A stretch of 64,000 nucleotides of DNA from Squalus acanthias (taxonomy: Eukaryota): contig CM059431.1 in assembly GCA_030390025.1 (NCBI GenBank), positions 98,830,001-98,894,000 of the forward strand. The letters run 5' to 3'. Shown here piece by piece: positions 13,064 through 26,080 of the stretch. Position numbers and translations under genes: made by a program. The first letter of the stretch is position 1. Each line of letters begins with the position of its first letter. The notes under the pieces are model-generated. The model was not told the origin of the DNA. It made no database searches and was given only the letters and a program-made list of their open reading frames with translations.

Positions 13064-13776
13064 CTATGTCAACAGAAAGTGGATTCAAGTAAAGAAAGTA
13101 GTACCAGACAATCAAGTGTTGGGAGCTAAGTCTTTCAGAAACTCTTAAGGCATTCAAATATGCTACTGTTGTGTAAATATTCTGTACAGTTTATTCTGTT
13201 CCTGGAAAGAAAGGCATATTTAATAAATAATTTAAAAAGTCATTCATGATGTAGCCTTTCATAAACAGATTTTAAATGTTTCATGATATATATTTCAGAA
13301 ACCATTCACCCAAGAACACCACCTGAGAGCCTTTAAGCTTTGTCCAGGGAAATCCATGACTTGTACAGATTTGATATCTACTTTTTTTTGTGAAGTTGAG
13401 CTTTGTCCCCTTCCCAGCAAGTCAAACTTTATTCCAAGAAACTCTTTCAAACAGTCTGCACATATGCCAACGTTATCTCTGTAGCAATCGATTTTGAGAT
13501 AAGATATGGCTGTGGATTGTTTTGTATCTTTCAATTTCCTGTCAAAAGGAAAGGAGGTCTTGCTTTCACCCACAATAGGGCGATACAGAATTTTTTCAAT
13601 ACCCACATTAATAACATGAAGCATGAACATCCCTGTAGATGTTGGGCGAATCATTCCAGGTCTGCACTTAATTTCTCTTCCCTGCAAAAGTGGTAAGAGG
13701 GAGATGGCCTTATTAATCCACAAGAATCTTCCTTTTGAGGTTGAGGGCATGCTAGCAGTTAATCAAGAGCTCTATA

Positions 13777-13984
13777 GGGTTAATTTTATGGATTTGCACT
13801 CTTGCCATAGAGCTTTGCACGCTGGGCCTGTAGGTATGGAGGTCAGACAGCCCTGCAGGATTTTCCAGCCCTGCAGTGGACAGAGAATCCTGTAGGGCTC
13901 GCTGACTTCACAGCTTGAATCCCCAATATCTGCTCCCAGCAGGTGAAGCTCTGTTCTAGCAATGCAGATTCACAAAATTTACCC
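13777..13984. mobile_element. Small Harbinger/Tourist-like MITE
   Basis: Imperfect ~22-bp TIR GGGTTAATTTTATGGATTTGCA / TGCAGATTCACAAAATTTACCC; flanks ATA/TTA. Confidence 0.6.
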
Positions 13985-15863
13985 TTATATGAGCAAAGCT
14001 CTCAACACTGAATAAATCCTAGGTGTGAAATTTTCAGTCACGGCAAAAACATAAATATGGCTAAAAGTTGCATTCATCATATGGGAATACAGGGGGCAAC
14101 CAGCAGGCATTGATGTATTCCAATTCTTTCCTCATGCTGAAAGCCCTCTACTGGAGGCTGCGATTCTCCAATAAACATGTCTAAGGATTTTCATAGAAGA
14201 CTTTCACTATGACAACGAATCCTGGGACAAGTGCAATTTACTGCACAGTCATACGCAAAGCCCCATTCCATTGCCGGAAGGGTAGCAAAGTTGGACTTTT
14301 GCCCACACATCCGCCCTCACCCTGAACCAGTCCCAAATCCTAGGAACAGGGTCATTTGAATAATAGGGGTGGACGACCACACTAATAACTGCGCGATTGA
14401 GGCACCCCCCGCATGGAGGCAGAGGGATTTAAGGGTGATGCATTGCCGCTCAATCGGGGGTGGCGGGTTCAAGTTGGTCTGGTTTAAGCCTACAAATTTG
14501 CTCTCTCAAATGTTACAATTTGGTTCATTCTGGTCTGCCACTTTCCTATCGATCTGACTTCGATCGATTGTTGTTGGAATATGGCATTGTGAAGCCCACT
14601 TTTGCCCTTGAATGTTTGTTTCATGCAGGAGTACTTACTGCTGGCCATACGCTAAGTGGAACTGGCAGGACACTAATAGGCTTGATTTAAAAGCTTTTGA
14701 ATGCAATATTTTGTTTTAATTTACTATGAAACTGACTACTGTACCCCAATATAGCTAACAAATGGTTGTATATTTTTATTTAAGTAATTTAAAATCAGAG
14801 TGACTGCTGCCAATGACCGGAAGCTGCGCAGAAGCATTCTACGCATAAATCTGTGGCGGTTTAATTATTCATGTATAATAATATTGTAAGCATAGTTTCA
14901 CCCAACAGTTTTTTTTCCCCACTCGGGACCATAATTATCACGGGTTGGTTTAAGTATGAATGTATAATAATTTCACGGGGGGAGAGTTGCAGAGGTTTAC
15001 TTGTTTGGAGTGCGAGCTCCGTACACTTACCAAACATTCACTGTTCACTTCGCACTTGGGATCCTTTAACATGGAATCGATTTTTTTCAAACCGAGCCTC
15101 CAGACTTTCTCCAGACAACATGGTGTCCATGTTATTTTATAAAGTTTCGTCCCAATTAAAAAGTAAACAAATCCTATACAAAATAAGCACTACTGATATG
15201 ACTGTGACAGCCTCTTCACGGAGCAACGAACAGATGTATTTAATAGTCGCTGCAAACGGCTTCATAGCAGAGTTTCACCCAACAGTCTTTTTTCACTCAG
15301 AACTATTAAAATTTTGATGGAGCTTCTGCGAATTATCTGCCGCATTTTTGTGATGGCGACAATATTTTCTTTTCAGTTAGCGAACAACCAAAGAAACACT
15401 GAAACTGCGCATGCGCAACCAATTCATTTTGTTGGCATCAGTCGCTGCCAATTTGAAATCAGGTTCCTCAGAGCTGGTGGATTGACACTCTGATTAAAAA
15501 TGCCTATATTTTGTGAAAAAAACCATTTTCAGCTTCATTAATCAAACTGTACCATTAACACTCTTAAGTATATCAAGGAATATTTTTGAAAGCAAAAGTT
15601 TTTTTTTAATTACCTTTTAAAACGCTGCCCAATTGCGCTGGTTCATGACAGATCTTTCATTTGGCAATATGCAAATGAGTTTGAGCGAAAACTCAGGAAA
15701 AAAAAGCATTTCTCAAAACTAGCACAATTTGCGCCCGGATTATCGATTGCACCCAAATCTGTAACTCTTCTTTAAATGACATGGTCTCAATCTCACTCTG
15801 TTTTGAAGAAGTTAAAAATTCCAAGTTGATTTAATTCATTTTGAAGAAATGTTCATTACTCAC

Positions 15864-15948
15864 CTACTATAAGTATCTCTGACTCTGGGAGTTCCTTGAA
15901 CTGTTTTTTGAATTCATCATTCTTTTGCTTGTATGTGGGACTGGAGGT
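15864..15948 (-). CDS. GRAMD1C: GRAMD1C-like exon (TSSPTYKQKNDEFKKQFKELPESEILIV)
   Basis: cag/gtgagt boundaries, 85 bp, phase 0-1, joins in frame to 13063; PTYKQxNxxFxKxF motif precedes the GRAM domain. Confidence 0.92.
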
Positions 15949-17078
15949 CTGTAACTATAAGCCGTAAAAAAATAATCAGTGATCTTGAATCAATGATTGC
16001 AATACATTAAATAGCCATTATATAGTAACGCGTTACAAAGCTACTTGGGTTACAGCCAATAGTTCACTCTACAAATAGTGAATGAAGGAAATCTCCCTCC
16101 TATATTTCCAATTTATTAGGAGGAGAACCCACTCAAAGCAGGAGCTTGCCAGATTAGTCAGCCACAGGTTGGACCTTAGACTTTCTAAGAGTGCGATATG
16201 TTGTTGATACTAACATTTTGTTGCATTGCATTGAAAAAGCAAACTCTTGAATCTTTTTGTGAAAATTAATGATTTTAATAACATTTTTTTGTGTGTGAAA
16301 TGGTGTAATTCTAGCTAAGATAGTTTAGGGGGAGCAGAAAATGTACTGAGAGATGAGCTCCGCTGAACAGTGTTAGGAACACAACTTTGAGATTATAGAT
16401 AAATGCTCTTGCAGAGAGCTGGCATAGGCTTGACGGGCCGAATGGCCTCCTTCTGTGCTGTAACCATTCTATGATAAGTGGGGCCTCCTGTAATTCACTG
16501 GCGTGAATGGAAGTCTGTCAGGAGTTGTTTACTTCTGGGTAGGAATATGGCAAATCCCATTGTGCTCCGGCACTTCCGGAGTTCAGCTCATTCCATCTTG
16601 ATTGCCTGACCTAGCTGAGGTGTCCCGGCTCGTGAGTATGACTTCTGTCCTTATGATCTGTTACGAGTAGGTTGTATCGTTTTAAGATCTAGCTGTATAT
16701 GGTACTTTCCTGCCGCTTATGTGCACTTTGGACTTAATAAAGTTATACATAAAGGTATTATGCGTTGAAATTCCTTGAACACACACACCCAGGCCAAGAT
16801 CAACAAGCACAGGAATGACATTTTCACCCAGTGACACACACACCCATATCTTGCACATCTATCATTTAAAGTTGTGGTAACCGTAAGATGGACCTGGTAG
16901 CACCAATTTTGGGTGCGTGTGCGAACCTGGTAGGAGGTGTGTGTGGCAAAACCCCTCATTCAAATGGTTGAGTGCTGGCCCTCCCATACTTTTGGGTTCA
17001 GGCTCATAATAACTTTGAGCTCCAGGCATGAATAACACCTCTGACTGGGAGCTTGATATTGTGGGCATGGGTTGGGGG

Positions 17079-17206
17079 CAATGTTCTCTCTTATTTTTTG
17101 GGGGTGCGCAGCCCCTTCAAAATTCCGCGCATGCACTGTTCTTCGCATTGAAAAGCCGGCAAGCCGGCAGCGAGGGAGGTCCCGAGAGCTGTTAAAGGGA
17201 ACATTG
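17079..17206. mobile_element. Tiny hAT-like MITE
   Basis: TIR CAATGTTCTCT / AGGGAACATTG; flanking 8-mers GTTGGGGG / GTGGGGGT (6/8 match). Confidence 0.5.
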
Positions 17207-17934
17207 GTGGGGGTGGAGCAAGAAATCAGGCGGCACAGCAGGACTTAAAATCCTTACAGCACCATCTTAAAGCGGGGCTATATTGTAAAGGGTCAACTCC
17301 TTAAAGCTTCCCAGTAAAAGTTGCTAAACAAACATCAATTTCCAGAGGAGCCGCACAGGTTTTTGCATGCTTCAGTGGAAGTTTTGATTGAAGCGTGTGC
17401 CAGAGAAGGGTGGCACACCTCAGCACACTAGCAAACATCGCAGACGGCATGAGCGGAGGGGACGATGCCTGTGATTGCAGAATCACACAATCAATGAATC
17501 TGGATTAAAGTCCAAATGAAGTTTGCGACCTTAGCAGGTCAATTCAGATAGGATAGCTCACCACGGCATTTATCTTAATTAGCTGCCCAAAGTACGCACA
17601 GCATGATGTTTCCTCCCCGACATTATCTTGCAGTAATTTCAAGGATGACCATGCAGCAGGATACACTTTGCACCAGTAACCTACACCTGTTAATCTTCAA
17701 TCCATTACATTCGTAAAGGTATTCACCATTAACCATCTGCTTGATATGCACACGTTATCATGGGCTACACCATAACACTGATGTATGACTCTATTCATTT
17801 TTCCATCCAGTTTCTCCGATTGCAGTCAAAAGCTGCACATAACAGGGCCACACCAAACAGAACTAGAGGAGTAAAAACAGAAAATGCTGGAAATACTTAG
17901 CAGGTCAGGCAGCATCTGTGGAGATAGAAACAGA

Positions 17935-19515
17935 GGAACATAGGAACAGAGAGAAGGCCATTGAGTCCCTCGAGCCTGTTCCGCCATTCAATGAGATCAT
18001 GGCTGATCTGCAACCTAACTCCATATACCTGCCTTTGGCCCATATCCCTAATACCTTTAGTTAACAAAAAGTTATCAATCTCCGACTTAAAATTAACAAT
18101 TGATCTAGCATCAATTACCATTTGGGAATAGAGTTCCAACCTTCTACCAGCCTTTGTGTGTAGAAGTGTTTCCTAATTTCACTCCTGAAAGGTCTGGCTC
18201 TAATTTTTAGAATATGCCCCCTAGTCCTAGAATCCCCAACCAGCGGAAATAGTTTCTCTCTATCTACCATATCTGTTCCCCTTAATATCTTGAAAACTTT
18301 GATCAAATCAACCCTTAACCTTCTAAATTTTAGGGAATACAACCCTAATTTGTGTAATCTCTCCTCCTAACTTAACCCTTGAAGTCCGGGTATCATTCTG
18401 GTAAACCTACGTTGCCCTCCCTCCAAGGCCAATATATCCTTCCTAAGGTGTGGTGCCCAGAACTGCTCACAGTACTCCAAGTGTGGTCTAACCAGGGTTT
18501 TGTATAGCTGTAGCATAATTTCTAATCCCTTGTATTCCAGTCCTCTAGATATAAAGGCCAGCGTCTCATTAGCCTTTTTGATTATTTTCTGTACCTGTTC
18601 ATGACATTTTAATGATCTATGTACCTGGAGCCCCAAGTCTCTTTGGACCTCCACTGTTTTGAGCTTTTCACCATTTAGAAAGTCCTTTTTAGGTCCAAAG
18701 TGGATGACCTCATATTTGCCTACATTGAAATCCATTTGCCACAGTTTTGCCCATTCACTTAATCTGTCGATATCCCTTTGTAATTTTATGCTTTCATCTA
18801 CACTGCCTACAATGCTGCCTATCTTTGTGTCATCGGCAAATTTGGATATATGACTTTCTATGCCATCATCTAAGTTGTTAATAAATACTGTGAATAGTTG
18901 AGGCCCCAACACAGATCCCTGTGGGACACCACTAGTTACATCCTGCCAATTTGTGGACCTACCCATTATCCCTATGCCTGTCTCCTGCCATTCAGCTAAT
19001 TTCCTAACCAGGTCAATAATTTGCCCTCAATTCCATGGGCTTCTACCTTAGTTAACAGTCTCTTATGTGGAACTTTATCAAATGCCTTCTGGACGTCCAT
19101 ATAAATAACATCCATAGACATTCCCCTGTCCACTATTTTAGTCACCTCCTCAAAAAATTCAATCAGGTTTGTCAGGCATGACTTACCTTTCACAAATCCA
19201 TGCCGGCTCTCTCTGATCAGCAGAAAATTTTCAAGGTGTTCAGTCACTCTATCCTTAATTATAGACTCTAGCAATTTCCCCACAACAGATGTTAGGCTAA
19301 CTGGTCTATAATTCCCTGGTTTCCCTCTCTCGCCATTCTTAAATAGCGGAGTGACGTGCACAATTTTCTAATCTAAAGGAACGGTTCCCGAATCGAGAGA
19401 ACTTTGGAAGATTATAGTTAGGACATCTGTAATGTGCTCACCTACTTCCTTTAAAACCCTGGGATGGATCTGGCCCTGGGGATTTGTCACTCTTTAGTGC
19501 CATTATTTTCTTCAT
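17935..19515 (-). mobile_element. CR1 LINE, 5'-truncated, frameshifted RT
   Basis: ORFs 18115-19361: [42 protein letters not shown]. Confidence 0.92.
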
Positions 19516-19516
19516 T

Positions 19517-21236
19517 ACATAGAAACATAGAAGATAGGAGCAGGAGTAGGCTATTCGGCCCCTCAAGCCTGTTCCGCCATTTAATGAGATCATGGCTGAT
19601 CATCCAAATTCAGTACCCTGTCCCTGCTTTCTCCCCATATCTCTTGATCCCTTTAGCCTTCAGAAATATATCTAACTCCTTCTTGAATATATTTAATGAA
19701 TTGGCCTCAACTGCCTTCTGTGGTAGAGAATTCCACAGGTTCACCACTCTCTGGGTGAAGAAATTCCTCCTCATCTCAGTCCTAAATGGCTTACCCCTTA
19801 TCCTTAGACTGTGACCCCTGGTTCTGGACTCCCCCGCCATCGGGAACATCCTTCCTGCATCTAGTCTGTCTAGTCCTGTTAGAATTTTATAAGTTTCAAT
19901 GAGATCCCCTCTCATTCTTCTAAACTCTAGCAAATACAAGCCCAATCGACCCAATCTCTCTTCATACGTCATTCCTGCTATCCCAGGTATCAGTCTGGCC
20001 AATCTTCGCTGCACTCCCTCCATGGCAAGAACATCCTTCCTCAGATAAGGTGACCAAAACTGCACACAATACTCAAGGTGTGGTCTCACCAAGGCCCTGT
20101 ACAACTGCAGCAAGACATCCTTGCTCCTGTACTCGAATCCTTTTGCTATGAAGGCCAACATACCATTTGCCTTCTTAACCGCCTGCTTACCTTCAGCGAC
20201 TGGTGCACAAGGACACCCAGGTCTCGTTGCACTTCCCCTTTTCCCAATCTATTGTTGTTCAGATAATAATCTGCCTTCCTGTTTTTGCCACCAAAGTAGA
20301 TAACCTCGCATTTATTCACATTATACTGCATCTGCCATGCATCTGCCCAATCACCCAACCTGTCCAAATCATACTGGAGTTTCTCTGCATCCTCCTCACA
20401 GCACACACGCCCACCCAGCTTTGTGTCATCTGCAAACTTGGAGATATTACATCTAGTTCCCTCATCTAGATCATTAATATATATTGTGAATAACTGGGGT
20501 CCTAGCACCGATCCCTGCGGTACCCCACTAGTCACTGCCTGCCACTCGGAAAAAGACCCGTTTATTCCAACTCTTTGCTTCCTGTCTGCCAACCAGTTCT
20601 CTATCCAAGTCAGTACCTTACCCCCAATCCCATGTGCTTTAACTTTGCATGCTAATCTCTTATGCGGGACCTTGTCGAAAGCCTTCTGAAAGTCCAAATA
20701 CACCACATCCACTGGTTCTCCCTTATCTATTCTACCAGTTACATCCTCAAAAAATTCCAGTAGATTAGTCAAGCATGATTTACCTTTTGTAAATCCATGT
20801 TGACTTTGTCCGATCCTGTCACTGTTTTCCAAGTGCTCTGCTATTACATCTTTTTATAATGGACTCCAGCATTTTCCCCACTACCGATGTCAGGCTTACC
20901 GGTCTATAATTCCCCGTTTTCTCTCTACCACCTTTTTTAAATAGTGGGGTTACATTAGCTATCCTCCAATCCATGGGAACTGTTCCAGAGTCTATAGAAT
21001 TTTGGAAGATGACCAGCAATGCATCTACTATTTCTAGGGCCACTTCCTTAAGTACTCTAGGATGTAGATTATCAGGCCCTGGGGATTTATCGGCCTTCAA
21101 TCCCGTCAATTTCGCTAACACCATTTCCCTACAAATACTGATTTCATTCAGTTCCTCCCTCTCATTAGACCCTATGTTCCCCGACATCTCTGGGAGGTTA
21201 TTTGTGTCCTCCTTTGTGAAGACAGAACCAAAGTAC
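19517..21236 (-). mobile_element. CR1 LINE (second subfamily), 5'-truncated
   Basis: (CATAGAAA)n tail; ORFs 19610-21187 with [27 protein letters not shown]. Confidence 0.92.
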
Positions 21237-21242
21237 TGTACT

Positions 21243-21680
21243 TAGAATTTACAGCACAGAAACAGACCATTCAGCCCAACAAGCCATGCTCCACACGATC
21301 TCCTCCCACCCTATTTCATCTAAACCCTATCAGCATTTCTCCCCCAAGTAATTATCATGCTTCCCCTTAAAAGGCATCTATGCTATTCGCCTCAACCACT
21401 CCCTGTGGTAGCAAGTTCCACATTCTCCCCACTCTCTAGGTAAAGAAGTTTCTCCTAAATTCCTTATTAGATTTATTAGTGACTATCTTATATTTATGGC
21501 CCCTAGTTTTTGACGCCCCCATAAGTGGAAACATCTTCTCTACGTCTACCCTATCAAACCCTTATATAATTTTAAAGACCTCGATCAGGTCACCCCTCAG
21601 CCTTCTCTTTTCTGAAGAAAAGAGCCCCAGCCTGTTCAATCTTTCCTGATAGTTATAACCTCTCAGTTCTGGTATCATCA
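21243..21680 (-). mobile_element. CR1 3' end fragment
   Basis: Nearly identical to 35515-35960. Confidence 0.75.
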
Positions 21681-22519
21681 TAGAGGCTCACCCAAAAACT
21701 CCAGTCCATGCTCCAGTCATATGTACTGGCCAAACGCGTCTTGTCTGAATCTTGGTTCTGACATTGCAAATTTAATGAAGAATTAAAATTGCTCAACTGT
21801 TCCTCAACGTTTATTGCCTAAAAAAACAGAAAGAAATACAAAGGCTCAGCAATGTCGTAGAAGGAATCCTGTCCAGTGCCATAAGGCAGCACTCCATTTT
21901 TTTGTTTTCCACATGGGTAAAAAGTCAGTTCTATCAAAAGTTAAGTCATATATACATTCTAAAACATGCCACTTATTTACACAGATACTTACAAGGTACT
22001 TCCAACTACTTTAAAGACCATGACAAATGCACCATCCATCATTTTTCAATGATAGTACTGTACTTGCTTGAACCAAGACACCGAAAGTGTTGAAAATCCT
22101 GATCTTTTAACAGGCAGTTAGTTTTTATCTCTGTTTATTTCCCATCTGTGTGAGCGAGCATCTGCCTCAAAACATTTGGGGGAAAGTTTTGCGCTGGAGT
22201 TGTGTTAGTTTCTCTGCATAACTCAAGCAGGGGGGGCAGAAAACTGAGCACGGGACGGAGCCATTCCACCAGTTCCCTGCGGTCTGCCACCACTTCTGCA
22301 ATTTTCTGCTGTAAATGACAAGAGACATTGGGTTGGGCTAGAAATTGCAATTGCAAGGGGGTGTGGTTGGGCGGGGTGGAAAATACCCGGAGAAGCAGAA
22401 TATAAAAACTGCTGCTGCTGCTTAAAGGGGCAATTGGAGGAAGTAAGCAACCTGAACTACAAGGATGACAGTCAGATCAAAGAAACGAGCAGAATACTTC
22501 AGGGATCTGGATCTGTAAT

Positions 22520-22710
22520 GCTCGTAATGGAGAAACAGAGCAGGAGAGATAGTTTATTTGAGGTCAAGGGCCAAAGGTCTGCCAGAATATGGTATGCACT
22601 TTGTGGAGGGAGGTGTCTATGGCAGTGAGTGCCACCTCCTCGAAACCCAGGATCCCTTTAGAGAGCAGTAAGAAGATTAATGATCTCACTAGAGCAGTCA
22701 AGGTAAGCTA
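22520..22710 (+). pseudogene. Harbinger ORF2 (Myb/SANT-like) remnant
   Basis: SRRDSLF..LWREVSMAVSATSSKPRI..KKINDLTRAVK followed by a GTAAG donor; resembles the W-x-E-V-A..R-T..KKxNDL pattern of Harbinger Myb-like proteins. Confidence 0.55.
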
Positions 22711-23144
22711 CCCCTTCATTCAATATCGTCATGGATTCCAGGAGTCAAAGGTGAAAGTGGAATCTGACAGTACGGAGCAGAGGCATGACTTCTGGAATTT
22801 CTGACATTGGCTTGTAGTAATAGACATGAACTGGGAGAAGCCAAGGCATTGGCAGAAGAAAGTCCAACTCAACAACTCAAGCTCCAGCCAAGTACCCCAA
22901 ATTTAGTCCCAGGATCTAGACACAAGAGTAGGCCTCTCCCAGAAAACATTTTCTAGCAATTTCACTGGTTGCTGGTGATTAACGGGACTCTGTGTTTGCT
23001 TCAATGGGCTCCAGACCAACACCATTAGAAAAACAAGTGTGGATGTGAATTCAGAAAGAAAAAAATCACATTCACTAAAAAACAATTAATCATAAGAATC
23101 AAGCAAATCCCTCAAAGAAATTACACATACCCAGAATTACAGCC

Positions 23145-23901
23145 TCATAGAAATTTATGGCACAGAAGGAGGCCATTCGACTCATGTGTCTGTGCTGGCC
23201 GAAAAAGAGCCATCCAGTCTAATCTCACTTTCCAGCTCTTAGTCCATAGCCTTGTAGGTTACGGCACTTCAAGTGTATATCTAAGTGCTTTTTAAATGTG
23301 ATGAGGGTTTCTGCCACGTGTCCACCCATTTCTCCAGCCTGTCTATGTCTTCTTGAAGTCTAACACTATCCTCCTCACTGTTCACTATACTTCCAAGTTT
23401 TGTGTCATCTGCAAATTTTGAAATTGCGCCCTATACTCCCAAGTCCAAGTCATTAATATACATCAAGAAAAGCAGTGGTCCGAGTACTGACCCCTGTGGA
23501 ACACCACTGTGTACCCTCCTTCAGTCTGAAAAACAACTGTTCACCACTACTCTCTGTTTCCTGTCACTTAGTCAATTTCATATCCATGCTGCCACTGTCT
23601 CTTTTATTCCATGGGTTTCTACTTTGCTGGCAAGCCTATTATGTGGTACTTTATCAAATGCCTTTTGGAAGTCCATATACACCACGTCAACCGCATTGCC
23701 CTCATCAACCCTCTCTGTTACCTCATCAAAAAACTCGATCAAGTTAGTTAAACACGATTTTCCTTTAACAAATCTGTACTGGCTTTCCTTAATTAATCCA
23801 GACTTGTCCAAGTGACTGTTAACTTTGTCCCTGATTATCGTTTCCAAAAGCTTCCCCACTACCGAGATTAAACTGACTGGCCTGTAGTTGCAGGGTTTAT
23901 C
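23145..23901 (-). mobile_element. CR1 LINE fragment with internal deletion
   Basis: CR1 3' end joined to RT segment ([16 protein letters not shown]). Confidence 0.85.
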
Positions 23902-24335
23902 GCCTCTGACTCAGAAGGTTGTGGGTTCAAGTCCCACTCCAGAGACTTGAGCACAAATATAGAGGCTGACAGTCCAGAGCAGTACCAAGGGAGTGCTACA
24001 CTGTCGGAGGTGCCGTCTTTCGGATGAGATGTTAAACCGAGGCCCTGTCTGCTCTCGATCAGGTGGACGTAAAAGATCCCACGGCACTATTTGAAGAAGA
24101 GCAGGGGAGTTATCCCCGGTGTGCTGGGCCAACAATTATCCCTCAACCAACATCAGTAAAACAGATGATCACATTGCCGTTTGCGGGAGCTTGCTGTGCA
24201 CAAATTGGCTGCCACGTTTCCTACATTACAACAGTGACTACACTTCAAAAAGTACTTCATTGGCTGTAAAGTGCTTTGGGACGTCCGGTGGTCGTGAAAG
24301 GCGCTGTAGAAATGCCAGTCTTTCTTTCGTTTTCC
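23902..24335 (+). mobile_element. Deu-type SINE, near full length
   Basis: GGGTTCAAGTCCC B box, then family body and tail. Confidence 0.85.
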
Positions 24336-24442
24336 TTCTTTCCAGGGGATGAGGGGCTGGGACCCCCCCTGCCAGAGGGAACTGAATGTAGATTCCATGT
24401 AAGGTGGCATCCTTGCGCCTTGCCCAAGGTTGGACCAAATGT

Positions 24443-24766
24443 CTTTTTTTATTCGTTTATGGGATGTGGGCGTCGCTGGCAAAGCCAGCATTTATTGCCC
24501 ATCCCTAATTGTCCTTGAGAGGGTGGTGGTGAGCTGCCTTCTTGAACCGCTGCAGTCCGTGTGGTGAAGGTACTCCCACGGTGCTGTTAAGGAGGGAGTT
24601 CCAGGATTTTGACGCAGCGACGAAGAAGGAACGGCCGATATATTTCTAAGTCAGGTTGGTGTGTGAATTGGAGGGGAACTTGGAGGTGGTGGTGTTCCCA
24701 TGCGCCTGCTGCCCTTGTCCTTCTTGGTGGTAGAGGTCACGGGTTTGGGAGGTGCTGCCGAAGAAG
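24443..24766 (-). mobile_element. 3' end of the second LINE family (same as 38625-41217)
   Basis: Reverse complement of ~40890-41217. Confidence 0.8.
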
Positions 24767-25415
24767 CATACAGTTTTGGTGTCCATACTTAAGAAAAGAC
24801 ATACTTGCTCTCGAGGCAGTACAAAGAAGGTTCACTCGGTTAATCCCCGGGATGAGGGGGTGGACATACGAGGAGAGGTTGAGTAGATTGGGACTCTACT
24901 TATTGGAGTTCAGAAGAATGAGAGGCGATCTTATTGAAACATATAAGATTGTGAAGGGGCTTGATCGGGTGGATGCGGTAAGGATGTTCCCAAGGATGGG
25001 TGAAACTAGAACTAGGGGGCATAATCTTAGAATAAGGGGCTGCTCTTTCAAAACTGAGATGAGGAGAAACTTCTTCACTCAGAGGGTAGTAGGTCTGTGG
25101 AATTTGCTGCCCCAGGAAGCTGTGGAAGCTACATCATTAAATAAATTTAAAACAGAAATAGACAGTTTCCTAGAAGTAAAGGGAATTAGGGGTTACGGGG
25201 AGCGGGCAGGAAATTGGACATGAGGCTGAGTTCGGATCGGTCGAGGCCCTGTGGGTGGCGTAGCGGGCCCAGGGGCTGAGTGGCTGGGTCCTGCTCCTAC
25301 TTCTTGTGTTCTTTAGATTTGAGGTGAGGATCAGATCAGCCATGATCTTATTGAATGGCGGAGCAGGCTCGAAGGGCCGATTGGCCTACTCCTGCTCCTA
25401 TTTCTTATGTTCTTA
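24767..25415 (+). mobile_element. CR1 LINE 3' end
   Basis: QFWCPYLRKDILALEAVQRRFTRL..FFTQRVV.LWN.LP; tail TTCTTATGTTCTTA. Confidence 0.88.
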
Positions 25416-25559
25416 AGCACCTGAAGGTGGTGGTGGGCATCCCAAAGCTTTTGAGCTCCCATTTGCTTCATGACCTGCCTGCCTTCCTTCCTTCCCTCCC
25501 TCATTTTCTTTTATCTGCTGGGCGTGGACTTGTCACCAGGTAGCTGTCCTGCCTCTCAC

Positions 25560-25637
25560 CATTGCTGGGGGCTGCAGGCCATGGGCAGGATTTGAAGGCC
25601 CGCTCTCCACCAACATCACTGGCTCCTCGGTCTCCAT
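25560..25637 (-). CDS. GRAMD1C: Putative first coding exon of GRAMD1C-like gene (METEEPVMLVESGPSNPAHGLQPPAM)
   Basis: Strong Kozak GCTGCCATGG at the CpG island edge; donor ATG|GTGAGA; phase 0, compatible with the 15948 acceptor. No sequence homology recognised; an intervening exon cannot be excluded. Confidence 0.6.
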
Positions 25638-25900
25638 GGCAGCAGAGGCCGCTGGCCCCGCCCCCGGCCTGACCCTGACCCTGACCCCGCCCCCCCGGTC
25701 GGGCCGGCCGTTACTCGCGCGCCCTCGCGCCCAGTTTTGAATTTGCCGCGCAGGCGCACCGCCCCCTTTTCCCGTCGCGGCGCCGAAAGCCGATTGGCCG
25801 GGACTCGCTAATTTATTCAAATTTTAAGCCGGGGCGCCCTTTGACCTGAGCCTCCGTGCTAGCCCCCCTCCAGGTGGTGTGGCCCGAATGGCCTCACTGC
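25620..25900. promoter_or_regulatory. CpG-island promoter, probably bidirectional
   Basis: Unique GC/CpG-rich stretch with GC boxes (CCCCGCCCCC), an ATTGG/CCAAT box near 25792 and an NRF1-like GCGCAGGCGC; outward-facing splice donors at 25559 (minus) and 25983 (plus). Confidence 0.7.
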
Positions 25901-25982
25901 CCAAATGGGGCTCAATCCCCAAACTGGCACCTTTGACTGCGTGAGGAGGTACCCCAGCCCGAAGAGGGGGGTCTTCATTGAG
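25850..25982 (+). other. Putative non-coding first exon of the IgSF gene (5' end approximate)
   Basis: Consensus donor GAG|GTGAGT at 25982/25983 just downstream of the CpG island. Confidence 0.5.
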
Positions 25983-26080
25983 GTGAGTATTAGTGCATAG
26001 AGAGGAAGGAAGTGTTTGCTTTTGTTGGTTGTCCCACTCTGTAATTTCTATAATTTATTGCATGCCCAACGCTTTGTGAA

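Noticed and set aside
13295..15317. ORFs of 150 aa at 13295-13750 and 14871-15317
   Set aside because: No recognisable motif or supporting splice structure; intronic in GRAMD1C.
17560..17700. Possible extra GRAMD1C exon upstream of 15948
   Set aside because: Open frame with a donor, but the available acceptors give an incompatible phase and the peptide is not GRAMD1-like.
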